A stretch of DNA of 64,000 nt from Balneolaceae bacterium (lineage in GTDB: Bacteria > Bacteroidota > Rhodothermia > Balneolales > Balneolaceae), in assembly GCA_035267805.1 (NCBI GenBank), contig DATFLI010000174.1, positions 110-64,109 of the forward strand. The letters run 5' to 3'. Both the position numbers and the translations under genes were made by a program. The notes under the pieces were generated by a model. The model was not told where the DNA came from, made no database searches, and saw only the letters and a list, made by a program, of their open reading frames with translations. The number at the start of each line of letters is the position of its first letter. The first letter of the stretch is position 1. Below are positions 30,043-40,076 of the stretch, piece by piece.

Positions 30043-31728
30043 TCATTCTCCAATCTTTGGTACCGATAACGAATCCGTTTTTATGTAAAAATTTTTGTCA
30101 ACTTTAAAGTCTTTTGGAGACTGAATACGAAGCCTTGCTGTCTGCCAGCGATCGGTGGTCGGTTTAATAAAAGTCCATTTCCCCTCGGCAAGCTGCACCT
30201 TCAGCGGCATATTAAAATGTTTAGTACTGGTTTTCCAACGATAGTGCAGCCGGTGATTCCGGATATAATATTGCAGTGTAGGCAGATCGGTTTCGCGTAA
30301 ATACTGGTCGAAAACATCGTCCAAATTTTTTCCGGACCGGGTAATAAAATAATCTTTGATCTGCTGCGTGGTTACGGTTTGATGGTAATATTTTTTCTGT
30401 ATCCCACGCAGTATATCCCTGAAAGTAGCATCATCATTAATAATTTCACGAATAGTTAGCAGCATATTGCCTCCTTTATAATACATATCTCCCGATCCTT
30501 CATTATGGACGCCATAGTGCCCGATAATTGGCTTGTCATTCTTTATATTTCTTCGCTCGCCCCGGGTATAAGCCTTTCCAGCCTGTTTGCCAAACTGAGA
30601 TTCAACATAGAGTGCCTCTGCATAGTTGGCAAAGGATTCGTGAATCCACATATCGGCAATATCAGTGGCCGTTACGTTATTTCCCCACCACTGGTGGGCA
30701 CTTTCATGCACAATAATGAAATCAAACTTCATTCCCCATCCCGTCCCCGACCCATCTTTTCCACGGTAGCCATAAGCATACTTGTTGCCATAGGTAATGT
30801 TGGATTGATCTTCCATCCCTGTACTGGCAACATCCACGAGCTTATAGCTGTCTTCATAAAAAGGATAAGGACCAAACCAGTATTCAAAGCTACTGAGCAT
30901 TTTATGCACCTGCGGGGGAAAATACTTTTTTGCCTTTGACAGATTATAATCCAATACCCAATAATCCAGATCGAGGTTCCCCTTCTCCCCATGATAGATT
31001 CCATGGAAGTGTCTATAATTACCGATAGCTACAACGGCACAATAGTTATTGATGGGGTTGCCTACAAACCAAGAATAGGTGGTAGTGCCATCGGCATGAT
31101 GCGTTTTTTCGCGAAGTCGTCCGTTGGAAACATCTACTAAAGGATCCGGCACGGTTACAGCAATACCCATGCTATCGGGTTCGTCCTGCCATTGGTCTTT
31201 GTTTGGCCACCACACGCTGGCACCAATACCCTGACTTGTCGTTTCGATCCAGGGCCTTCCCTTTTTATCTTTATCCCAGCTAAAACCCCCTTGCCACGGC
31301 GGGCGTTTGGCTATGTGTGGGTGTCCAGAGTACTGAATGATAATCTGTTGTTGAGATCCAACGGGCTGTTTCGCTTTCATGGATATGAAATATGCACTGC
31401 CATCCCGGTGATATTGCAACTCCTCCCCATCCTGCACAACTTTATCAATATGAAGAGGTTCTTGCAGATCAATCTGCATATCCCTCGCGTTGTTGGTAAC
31501 TTTGTAGGTGATTGCATTCCGGCCTGAAATCGTGGAATCCTCAGGATGAACAGCGACATGTAAATCGTAATATGTCACATTCCACCAGGCACGCTGCGGA
31601 GTAATCGACCCGCGCAGGGTATCAGCGTGGGTAAACGGCGGGCTGGACTGGGCCCGTACGTTTGCATTTGCCATCCACACGAATAAGAATGTGGAAAGAA
31701 ATGTTAGTACACGCTTCATAAAATGCAT
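30043..31728 (-). CDS. M1-family zinc aminopeptidase, secreted
   Basis: HESAHQWWGN...WIHESFANY (HEXXH-X18-E), a GMEDQ variant of GXMEN, and YYKG. Confidence 0.93.
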   Translation of the reverse strand: MHFMKRVLTFLSTFLFVWMANANVRAQSSPPFTHADTLRGSITPQRAWWNVTYYDLHVAVHPEDSTISGRNAITYKVTNNARDMQIDLQEPLHIDKVVQDGEELQYHRDGSAYFISMKAKQPVGSQQQIIIQYSGHPHIAKRPPWQGGFSWDKDKKGRPWIETTSQGIGASVWWPNKDQWQDEPDSMGIAVTVPDPLVDVSNGRLREKTHHADGTTTYSWFVGNPINNYCAVVAIGNYRHFHGIYHGEKGNLDLDYWVLDYNLSKAKKYFPPQVHKMLSSFEYWFGPYPFYEDSYKLVDVASTGMEDQSNITYGNKYAYGYRGKDGSGTGWGMKFDFIIVHESAHQWWGNNVTATDIADMWIHESFANYAEALYVESQFGKQAGKAYTRGERRNIKNDKPIIGHYGVHNEGSGDMYYKGGNMLLTIREIINDDATFRDILRGIQKKYYHQTVTTQQIKDYFITRSGKNLDDVFDQYLRETDLPTLQYYIRNHRLHYRWKTSTKHFNMPLKVQLAEGKWTFIKPTTDRWQTARLRIQSPKDFKVDKNFYIKTDSLSVPKIGE

Positions 31729-31771
31729 GTTAGGTTAAAATTCATCGATAAATTACTCGTAGAAATTTGAC

Positions 31772-34057
31772 TTAGTGGACCTTGATATCGAATTCTTTGG
31801 GCGGTTCGGTATGCATTAGATTCCGAACAAAATAGTCCCATCGTTTACGTACCATATAAGGGTCGAAATAAAACCCGTGCTCCCGGTTCGGTAACATCAC
31901 GAGATCAAAATCTTTGTTGGCCGCTTCCAGTGAATCAATCATCAAATAGGTAATTTCGGGCGGTACATTCGAATCCATCGTGCCCTTGGCAATCAAAAGC
32001 TTTCCTTTCAAGTTATCCGCCAATAGCTCATTTGCTTGGTTGTCATAGTTGGTTGAATCTCCATAGGACTTGTACAACCCCTGATATTTATCGCCCCAGT
32101 TGGATTCGTAATCGCGGCTATCCTGGTTCGCAGCTTCCGAGACTCCCACCTTGAAAAAATCGGGATAGGCCAGCATCGCCTTCGTAGTGGCATTGCCGCC
32201 ACCCGAGTGCCCCCAAATGCCCACCTTTTCCAAATTCATCCAGGGATGACGCTTACCCAATTGTTTAATCATCGCAACTTGATCGGCAATTCCCAAATCC
32301 CCCATATCGCCGTACCAGTAATCCTGGAACGCCTTGGAACGTCCCGGCGTGCCCATAGCATCTACTTCAACGACAATAAACCCTAATTCGGCAATAGCTT
32401 GTTTATCGAGCCGGGCGGCCCGAAACGATCGACTGCCCACACTGCCGGTTTGCGGACCGGGATACACATAATCCAGTACAGGATAAGATTTAGAGGGATC
32501 GAAATCAGTAGGCTTAAACATCATCCCGTACAGGTCGGTTTTGCCGTCGCGGGCTTTCACCGAAAACGGAACCGGAGGCTGCCAGCCCGTTGCCTTAAGA
32601 TCGGATATATCGGCCCGGGCAAGTGTCATGATTTTCTTACCTTGCATATTTCGAATGACAGAAACAGGCGGATCGGTTGGCGTAGAATAGGTATCTACAA
32701 AATAGCTACCGTCGTCTGAAATAGTCACCTCATGATTCGCTTTCTCCGGGCTAAGAAGCTTTAAATGATCGCCGCTGAAATCTACACTATAGAGATAATG
32801 ATAATAAGGATTTCCTTCTTCGCGACAAGAACCGGTAAAATAAATCTTCCGGTTTTCCCGGTCGATATAACGCACCTGCAACACATTCCAATTTCCTCTG
32901 GTTATCTGATGTTTGAGCTTACCCGTCTTCAGATTATACAAATATAAATGTCCCCAGTTACTTCGCTGGGAATACCAGATCACTTCCCGGCTTTTGGGTA
33001 AGACATGCCAATTCACTTTATTATCACCCGACTCAAAAAAGGTTTTTGTCTTTTCCTGTAAAACGTCATGCACCTCCCCTGTTTCGGGACTGGCCATTCG
33101 CAGGGTCGCTTTGTGAAGTCCCCGGGATACAGAAACAAACGCCAGGGTATCGCTGCCCGGTCCCCATTCGGTATCCAGAAAATTGCCATCGTAGTCGGCA
33201 ATATGATCACTGATGGTCGAGCGCTGTGCATCGGGCGGCATTTTCAGATGAACGACCTGCGGATGCGGCTCCAGGTTAATGGCTACTCGTTCAATGCGAA
33301 AGATAGCACTGTCGGCCGGCATTGTATATTTCCATTTCTCCAATTTCGGATGTCCCACTTTGGTACTAACCAAGTACATATATCCTACATTTCGGCTGTC
33401 CTGACGGAAGGTGGCAATACGTTTGGAATCCGGTGACCACCGCACGACAGGTTTATCCCGTTTAATCCACCCACCATTATTCGTACCGTATCCATAATTC
33501 TTTTTGCCGTTATGCGTAAGCTGGGTGAGCCGGCCGGTCTTTACGTTGCGAATCCATAGGTTATGATCCTTAATAAAAGCAGCTTTCTTACCATCAGGAG
33601 AAAGAAATTCGTCGCTTGAAGCTATATATTCGCAGTTATAAGTATCCAAATTGCAACGATACTTTTTTCCATACATACTGAACGCCAAACTATTATCAGA
33701 AAAGGTCACATTTCGTAAAGGCAGATGCATTGGATCGAAACTCCGGTCCGTTACTATTGACAAGGCACCGGACAGCTTTTCCTGGTTAAAAGCCTCATTT
33801 TTTTTACCGGTTTTAGGATTGGCAATCATAAACTTGGTTCCGCCGGCAACGGACTCGCGGTACAATAATGTACCATCCTTCGACCACGAAGCTCCCGAAA
33901 TTACGTGACGGACCAGCGAATCGGTATAGGCCGGCAAGAAATGTTCGGCCCGCCGGTAATCCTCTTTGGTGACTGTTTTTTGCTGGGCAAAACAGTTAGG
34001 CACAGACAAAAATAAAATTATAAGTGCACCAACTATTTTTTTTAGTGGCGAATTCAT
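31772..34057 (-). CDS. S9-family serine peptidase (DPP IV-like), secreted
   Basis: SQRSNWGHLYLY, VYPGPQ, GIWGHSGGG (Ser), GTMDSNV (Asp) and EHGF (His). Signal peptide present. Confidence 0.93.
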   Translation of the reverse strand: MNSPLKKIVGALIILFLSVPNCFAQQKTVTKEDYRRAEHFLPAYTDSLVRHVISGASWSKDGTLLYRESVAGGTKFMIANPKTGKKNEAFNQEKLSGALSIVTDRSFDPMHLPLRNVTFSDNSLAFSMYGKKYRCNLDTYNCEYIASSDEFLSPDGKKAAFIKDHNLWIRNVKTGRLTQLTHNGKKNYGYGTNNGGWIKRDKPVVRWSPDSKRIATFRQDSRNVGYMYLVSTKVGHPKLEKWKYTMPADSAIFRIERVAINLEPHPQVVHLKMPPDAQRSTISDHIADYDGNFLDTEWGPGSDTLAFVSVSRGLHKATLRMASPETGEVHDVLQEKTKTFFESGDNKVNWHVLPKSREVIWYSQRSNWGHLYLYNLKTGKLKHQITRGNWNVLQVRYIDRENRKIYFTGSCREEGNPYYHYLYSVDFSGDHLKLLSPEKANHEVTISDDGSYFVDTYSTPTDPPVSVIRNMQGKKIMTLARADISDLKATGWQPPVPFSVKARDGKTDLYGMMFKPTDFDPSKSYPVLDYVYPGPQTGSVGSRSFRAARLDKQAIAELGFIVVEVDAMGTPGRSKAFQDYWYGDMGDLGIADQVAMIKQLGKRHPWMNLEKVGIWGHSGGGNATTKAMLAYPDFFKVGVSEAANQDSRDYESNWGDKYQGLYKSYGDSTNYDNQANELLADNLKGKLLIAKGTMDSNVPPEITYLMIDSLEAANKDFDLVMLPNREHGFYFDPYMVRKRWDYFVRNLMHTEPPKEFDIKVH

Positions 34058-34083
34058 GGTATCTATAAATTAAATTTAACCTA

Positions 34084-34108
34084 AATCTGGTGGTTAAACC
34101 CCCAGATT
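34084..34108 (-). terminator. Hairpin between GH31 and the S9 peptidase
   Basis: AATCTGG-T-GGTT-A-AACC-C-CCAGATT inverted repeat. Confidence 0.4.
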
Positions 34109-34126
34109 CAAAATAATTCAGAAACA

Positions 34127-34240
34127 TCTCGTTTCCATTGTTCTGCAGTGGAAACCAGTCATGAGGCTCTGCGTCGGTTGGTTGCCTGAAAGGACGCGGA
34201 GCGTCGGGCAGGATTCAGCCGCTGAGCGACTGAACCTAGA
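34127..34240. repeat. Degenerate REP/BIME-like palindromic element
   Basis: GC-rich intergenic block with three hairpins: GTTTCCATTG..CAGTGGAAAC, GAGGCTCTGCGTC..GACGCGGAGCGTC and TTCAGCCGCT..AGCGACTGAA. Resembles CTCGTTCCCACGCTCTGCGTGGGAA-type REP doublets. Confidence 0.6.
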
Positions 34241-34255
34241 TCAAAGTACATTTTT

Positions 34256-36586
34256 TTATTTCATTTTAATCTCCAAGCGATTGCCATTATAAGTCACGGT
34301 TTTTTCCACTGGCGTGGTAACCAGCTGAATCCGGAATTTCCGGCCGGTGATAAAATCACCTTCTGAATTACCAACCGGTTCCATCGTCAGTTTCCTTGCG
34401 CCATCATCCCAACTGATTTTCACTTTTTCGGATTCTCCGTCAAGATAATCCAGGCTTTTGCCGTCATCATTATAAAGCGTAAACGCTCCATCGGCTCCCG
34501 GGTAAATCCGTAAAGTCGTTGGGCTATCCACTTTCTGATACACATATTGTCGAACCGGATCTAACGGAATAATAGCCCCTGCCGGTACATAAATAGGCAT
34601 TGTTGCCAAATCGACGTCCCGGCTAATCGTTTTGCCGCCCGTCAATTTTTTATTCGTCCACCAGTCGTACCATTCCCCTTTTGGGAGGTAAACATCCCGG
34701 CTGGTGGCTCCTTTGGTATAGACCGGGGCAATCAACATATCAGATCCCCACAAGTACTCATCACCAATCCTGGCGGCTTTTGGGTCTTTGGGATATTGCA
34801 GCCACAATGCCCGCATGAAGGGCATCCCGGTGTTCCGTGCTTTCCAGGCTAACGTATAGTTATAAGGCAACAACTTATAGCGCAACTCATCATATTTTTT
34901 GGCAATGGGTTCTACTTTGGGATTGTTAAGTTCAGAAACCTTTGGCTCGTTCGGACCATTTTCCAGAGGTCCCATCTTGCTAAGGCCCCATCCCCAGGGC
35001 AGTCGTGTCCACCACGTTTTGCCGTGAGCCCGGAATGACGGGCAGAAGGCCCCAAATTGGAACCAGCGGGCATACAATTCTCCCGTCAGATCTTTATTGG
35101 GATAAAAACCACCGATATCAGAACCCCAAAAGGGAGAGAGACTTAGCGAATAATTCAATCCCACGGCAATCTGAGTTTGGAGCGTTTTCCACGAAGACTG
35201 CGTGTCGCCCGACCATATCCAGCCGCCCCACCGGGCAATGCCCAAATATCCATTGCGATGCAGACTCCAGGGACGTGTGTTGGGCTTCGTTGACGTCGGC
35301 CCCTGATAATACATCTTATGTCTTTCCATTCTTTCGAACAGGTTAAACCAATCTCCTTCGTCGGGCCACCAGGCATCCACGCCGGCTTTGACCAGCGGAA
35401 TATGTTGCTGCCAGTAACTTTTGATATGACCGGCATCTACTTTTTCGTCCGCTTTAGGCGGGATATTGCCATGCAGCGTCGGCAGCTTGTCCCGATCCCA
35501 CGGAACCATGTGGACTACAAACTTGGCATGGCGATCGTGAATATCAGAAATAACTTGTTTGGGATCCCGTCGGAAAACCTGTGGGTTAAATTTAAACGAA
35601 GGCTGTTCGGTATTCCAGCCACGGGGACAAAATCCCGTCCCCAGGTAAATCGTGGCGTCAATGGGGATGCGCTTATCACGGAAGGTATCCACAATATTGA
35701 TCATCTGCTGGTCATCCTGCAAGGTGCGGTGCGATTGCATATAACCCAAAGCCCATTTCGGCGGCATAACCGGAGGACCGGTTAACATAGAAACGTCTTT
35801 CATCATCTCGGCTGGCTGATGAGCGTCAAAGACGAAAATATCGTATAATCCCGGCACAATGCTATCCATCGGCGGCTTGCCCTTGCCCAGATTACGTTGC
35901 TGATTTTCCTCGGTTTGCGGATGTTTGGCTGCCTTCGAAGGATTCCACGGAATATAAGTTCCCCGATCTTTACCTCTCAGGTCAACCTGTCCCCACGGCG
36001 TGGTAATAAAAAGTCCCCACCCTTTTGTGCCAATCATAAATGGCACAGGATTTCGCGACCCATAAGCGCCGCTTTGCCAGCGCGGACGCATCTTGAACAG
36101 GCGCCCTTTACGGTTAAATTCAACAGGGCGATCACGCCAATCGGCATCCCGTTCGTGCTCGGGACCGCCTTCGCCCATCCCCAAAACCGGCTGGTCATCC
36201 AGCTTGAAAGATAGATTCCCATTACGGTTGAACGCAATCTTCTGCACCAGCTGGTCGGCAGCATTCGTAACGGTTATAGTGATGGGATCCGGCTGAACTT
36301 CCACCTGCAGATTTCCCACCTTTTTTTTAACTGTTCTATCAAGTTCCCGCAGGCTGATTACCGGATCCGGATACTGGTGCCCGGCCAGTGCGGGCGAAAA
36401 CGGAAATTCTTTATCGAAGCTAAGGGGTTTCAAAGTGATGCGAACGCCCACTGCTCCGGCTTGCCGGATATCGAGTTCGGCCGGCTTGCCGTCTGTTTTG
36501 ATCTGTTGGGCATACAGAAGTTGCCCGCTTAGAAATAGAATTCCAACTATAATAAAGCTCTGTAGATATCGAGAAACGGTAGTCAT
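34256..36586 (-). CDS. GH31 alpha-glycosidase, secreted
   Basis: PPKWALGYMQS, DAWWPDEG (nucleophile), WSGD (acid/base), WGSDIGGF, ELYARWFQFGAF and YLPKGEWYDWW. Likely start is ATG 36586; the track start is 36640. Confidence 0.93.
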   Translation of the reverse strand: MTTVSRYLQSFIIVGILFLSGQLLYAQQIKTDGKPAELDIRQAGAVGVRITLKPLSFDKEFPFSPALAGHQYPDPVISLRELDRTVKKKVGNLQVEVQPDPITITVTNAADQLVQKIAFNRNGNLSFKLDDQPVLGMGEGGPEHERDADWRDRPVEFNRKGRLFKMRPRWQSGAYGSRNPVPFMIGTKGWGLFITTPWGQVDLRGKDRGTYIPWNPSKAAKHPQTEENQQRNLGKGKPPMDSIVPGLYDIFVFDAHQPAEMMKDVSMLTGPPVMPPKWALGYMQSHRTLQDDQQMINIVDTFRDKRIPIDATIYLGTGFCPRGWNTEQPSFKFNPQVFRRDPKQVISDIHDRHAKFVVHMVPWDRDKLPTLHGNIPPKADEKVDAGHIKSYWQQHIPLVKAGVDAWWPDEGDWFNLFERMERHKMYYQGPTSTKPNTRPWSLHRNGYLGIARWGGWIWSGDTQSSWKTLQTQIAVGLNYSLSLSPFWGSDIGGFYPNKDLTGELYARWFQFGAFCPSFRAHGKTWWTRLPWGWGLSKMGPLENGPNEPKVSELNNPKVEPIAKKYDELRYKLLPYNYTLAWKARNTGMPFMRALWLQYPKDPKAARIGDEYLWGSDMLIAPVYTKGATSRDVYLPKGEWYDWWTNKKLTGGKTISRDVDLATMPIYVPAGAIIPLDPVRQYVYQKVDSPTTLRIYPGADGAFTLYNDDGKSLDYLDGESEKVKISWDDGARKLTMEPVGNSEGDFITGRKFRIQLVTTPVEKTVTYNGNRLEIKMK

Positions 36587-36675
36587 TCTTTGAATGTCTA
36601 ATTTGCCTCTAATATGCCACAAGGTTGTAACTTGCGGCATATCCGGTTTTCTAACTGTTTAATGATCCTTTCCTG

Positions 36676-39600
36676 CTAATTATTAACAGTACTACCCTGC
36701 TTAATAACCAAGCCAATTCCCTGCTGCTCTGCCCACTTATTGAAAGCCGGCACCTCTTGGTTCATCAACTCATTGAATTCGGAATTAGCTTTATCCAGAC
36801 GTTTGGAGATCAGATCATAGACCTGTTTTTCCTGACTCGTCGGAGGATAATCGGGATCTCCAGCCACATCGCCCGCACCGGTACCGACTTCACCGGCAAA
36901 CCAAACCAGTTTCAGATATAATTTCAGCTGATCGGGATAGGTCTTGGTATCACCCGCCGCCAGATATTTCTGGAATAATTTATTTTCGACCGTATGAGCT
37001 TTCTGATCTAGCGCATTAGCATGTTTCATGATTTCGTCGGAATCAGACCGGCCGTTTATATAATCGGGCAAATCTTCAATCTGCTTGCGGACCACTTCGA
37101 TCCGATTGATCATGTCCACCACGTGATTGATATCATGGTAAACATCCATCCACATGTCGGTTTCGGCCCGGACATCCGCCAGAGAGCCCTGGGTATTGGG
37201 ATCCTTGAGTACATTCAACGATCTGGTGACGGTTTTGTCTCCAATCTTCATCCGTACGGTATAGGTGCCGGGAGCCACGAGAGGACCGCGTTTGGGTTCA
37301 GCAATCCCCCAGTGATAAATTTCTCTTGTCTTATCGCCGTTAAAGCGTTTTTCTTCCCATATATGAGGATGGGAATCGGGCGTAGTTCGCAGCTTCACCT
37401 CTTTGGTATCCGGGTAACGCAGATTCCACCAGACCCTGTGGATGCCTTTATTCCCGGAACCATGCAGTTGCCGCACCACATCTCCCGAAGTGTTCAAAAT
37501 AGATATTTGAGCTGGCTTGGACTCATCCGAACCAACATAATAGTTAATCGAAGCTCCGTACCGCGGATTACGACCACGTGATAAATCATCCGCCGAGCCA
37601 CGATACTGACGAACACTCCTAAACCGATAGGCGTCTCTTGGTTTGAAGAGATAGCTATCATCTTTTGTAATATTTTCATCGAGCTGCTCCAGCGGGGTAA
37701 TATCGTCCATGATATAAAGTCCGCGACCTTTGGTTGAAAGGACTAAATCATGGAACTTTGGCTGCACCGTAATCCAGGTAACCGGGGCAGGCGGCAAATT
37801 ATTCTGGAATGACTGCCAATGCTCCCCGTCATCCAGCGACATATATAGACTATTTTCCGTTCCGGCAAACAACAAGCCAGGTCGATGTGGATCTTCAGCT
37901 ACATTATGGACGTAGCTCAGCATGCTGTGTTTAATACCATCCGTAATTTTTGTCCAGTGTTTTCCGTAATCGGACGTCTTATAAATATAAGGATCCCGGT
38001 TATCCACTTGGTGAAAGTCAACCGAGATATAGGCCTTGCCAGCTTCGAAATGAGAGGGTTCAATATTGCTGATGGTCCCATATTTGGGCAAATCAGGAAT
38101 ATTCTTGGTCACATTCTGCCACGTTTGACCACCATTGGTGGTTACATGAACCATCCCATCGTTACTGCCGGCCCAAATTACCCCTTCCTTAACCGGCGAT
38201 TCTGCAATAGCAAAGAGCGTTCCCCAGTATTCAACACCCAAATTATCGGGAGTGAGCCCACCGGAACTGCCCATTCGGGTGGTATCATTCAGCGTCAAGT
38301 CGGGACTTATGACTTTCCAATGCTGTCCCCGGTCGGTCGTCATATGCACGTACTGACTTCCCACATAAATCTTGTTATGATCATTGGGAGAAATAGCGAT
38401 CGGTTGCGTCCAGTTCCAGCGATATTTCAGTACCTTGGCCGGAGAATCAAGAGACTTGTCGGGCCAGGGCGTCACCGAACGCTTGTGCTTGGTCTTACGA
38501 TCATATACTTCTACTTCACCCGAATAGCATCCGGCCCATACCCAACGACCTGAAACCGTATCGGGAATAGAAAATCCGGATTCACATCCTGCCGTCGTGT
38601 GCCAGATTGAAGAGGGAATCCCATAGCCTCCCAGATTATTGGAAGGCCCCATAACCGAACCATCATCCTGCATATTACTATATACATGATAAGGAATATC
38701 ATCATCCACGGCCACATGATACATTTGTCCGATGGGCAATATGATATGATCCCATGATTTTCCATGATTCTCACTAATCAGGATCCCGCCATCATCTCCA
38801 ATCATCATGCGGTCGTGATCAGTCGGATCGGCCCACATATCGTGGTCGTCTCCCCCCCAGTGAAGCCGTTCTATGGTTTCACCGCCGTTGGATGTCCCCC
38901 AAACACTGTTTGAAGGGAACCAAACCGTTTCAGCATCTTCTGGATCAACCAGAATTCGGGTATAATAGTGTGGCCGTTCGTTGATCAGACGGCTATGGCT
39001 AACGTTATCCCAGCGATGCCCACCGTCGTTCGAACGCCAGAGCGAGCCCCTGCCACCTGTTTCGATCAAGGCATAGACCCGGTTCGAATTGCTTGGGGCA
39101 ACAGCCACATCAATTTTACCCAATGGCGAGTGAGGCAAGCCGTCTTTGGCTGTTAACCGCTGCCAGTGTTCTCCCCCATCACGAGTAACAAAAACGCCGC
39201 TACCGGGCCCGCCGCTAAACTGACCCCACGTTTTCAAATAATATTGCCACATGCCGGCAAACAGGATATCCGGATTATTATTGTCCATGTCCAAACCGGA
39301 GCAACCGGTATGTTCGTCAACCGATAGTATCTTCTTCCAGGTTTTGCCCCCGTCCGTCGTCTTAAAAACCCCACGTTCCGGTTGTGGGCCGTAATCCGTC
39401 CCCTGGGCACAGGCATAGACCACATCATTATCACGGGGATCAATTTCAATTCGCCCAATACGTCCCGATTTCCGCAGCCCCATGTGATGCCAGGTTTTGC
39501 CACCATCGGTCGATTTATAAATTCCATTTCCGATAGATACATTACTTCTTATGAAGGGTTCTCCGGTTCCGACCCAAAGTGTATGCGGCTTTTTTTTTGA

Positions 39601-39906
39601 AATCGCGATCGAACCTATCGACTGCACATTCTGATCATCAAAGATAGGTTTCCAATGGGTTCCTCTGTCGGTAGATTTCCACAGACCACCGGATGCTGCC
39701 CCTGCATAATACACCTGTGGATTACCGGGTTCTCCCGCAACCGCACTTACCCGGTTTCCTCCCGGACCTATAAATCGATATTGCATTGCATTATAAGCTT
39801 GGGGATCCAATTGTTGGGCCCCTACGTTAGTGAATCCCAGCAACAAAATTGCGCTTATTACTACCGGTAAGAATAAAAGCTTCTCTTTAAATCGGAATAA
39901 AAACAT
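36676..39906 (-). CDS. VPS10/sortilin-like BNR (Asp-box) repeat beta-propeller protein, secreted
   Basis: 1076 aa with a signal peptide, YRFIGPGGNRV, many S/T-x-D-x-G-x-T/H-W Asp boxes and a helical C-terminal tail. Confidence 0.88.
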   Translation of the reverse strand: MFLFRFKEKLLFLPVVISAILLLGFTNVGAQQLDPQAYNAMQYRFIGPGGNRVSAVAGEPGNPQVYYAGAASGGLWKSTDRGTHWKPIFDDQNVQSIGSIAISKKKPHTLWVGTGEPFIRSNVSIGNGIYKSTDGGKTWHHMGLRKSGRIGRIEIDPRDNDVVYACAQGTDYGPQPERGVFKTTDGGKTWKKILSVDEHTGCSGLDMDNNNPDILFAGMWQYYLKTWGQFSGGPGSGVFVTRDGGEHWQRLTAKDGLPHSPLGKIDVAVAPSNSNRVYALIETGGRGSLWRSNDGGHRWDNVSHSRLINERPHYYTRILVDPEDAETVWFPSNSVWGTSNGGETIERLHWGGDDHDMWADPTDHDRMMIGDDGGILISENHGKSWDHIILPIGQMYHVAVDDDIPYHVYSNMQDDGSVMGPSNNLGGYGIPSSIWHTTAGCESGFSIPDTVSGRWVWAGCYSGEVEVYDRKTKHKRSVTPWPDKSLDSPAKVLKYRWNWTQPIAISPNDHNKIYVGSQYVHMTTDRGQHWKVISPDLTLNDTTRMGSSGGLTPDNLGVEYWGTLFAIAESPVKEGVIWAGSNDGMVHVTTNGGQTWQNVTKNIPDLPKYGTISNIEPSHFEAGKAYISVDFHQVDNRDPYIYKTSDYGKHWTKITDGIKHSMLSYVHNVAEDPHRPGLLFAGTENSLYMSLDDGEHWQSFQNNLPPAPVTWITVQPKFHDLVLSTKGRGLYIMDDITPLEQLDENITKDDSYLFKPRDAYRFRSVRQYRGSADDLSRGRNPRYGASINYYVGSDESKPAQISILNTSGDVVRQLHGSGNKGIHRVWWNLRYPDTKEVKLRTTPDSHPHIWEEKRFNGDKTREIYHWGIAEPKRGPLVAPGTYTVRMKIGDKTVTRSLNVLKDPNTQGSLADVRAETDMWMDVYHDINHVVDMINRIEVVRKQIEDLPDYINGRSDSDEIMKHANALDQKAHTVENKLFQKYLAAGDTKTYPDQLKLYLKLVWFAGEVGTGAGDVAGDPDYPPTSQEKQVYDLISKRLDKANSEFNELMNQEVPAFNKWAEQQGIGLVIKQGSTVNN

Positions 39907-39932
39907 AACAGATACTTAGTATTAATAATTAA

Positions 39933-40076
39933 TAGAGGCCTTTGCAAAACCGTTCTTTTGATCAATCTCTGTATGTTCGTGAATTCGAAATCCTCACTTA
40001 TGCTTAATAAGCTCCGGTTTCGAATTCACTCAAGCTTTGATCTTGAACAAAATCCCTGGTTTTTCAAAACCCTCTA
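39933..40076. mobile_element. 144-bp MITE-like nested palindromic element
   Basis: Terminal inverted repeats TAGAGGCCTTTGCAAAACC / GGTTTTTCAAAACCCTCTA (16/19 match). Perfect 12-bp internal stem GTGAATTCGAAA / TTTCGAATTCAC. TA at both ends and no ORF. Confidence 0.65.
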
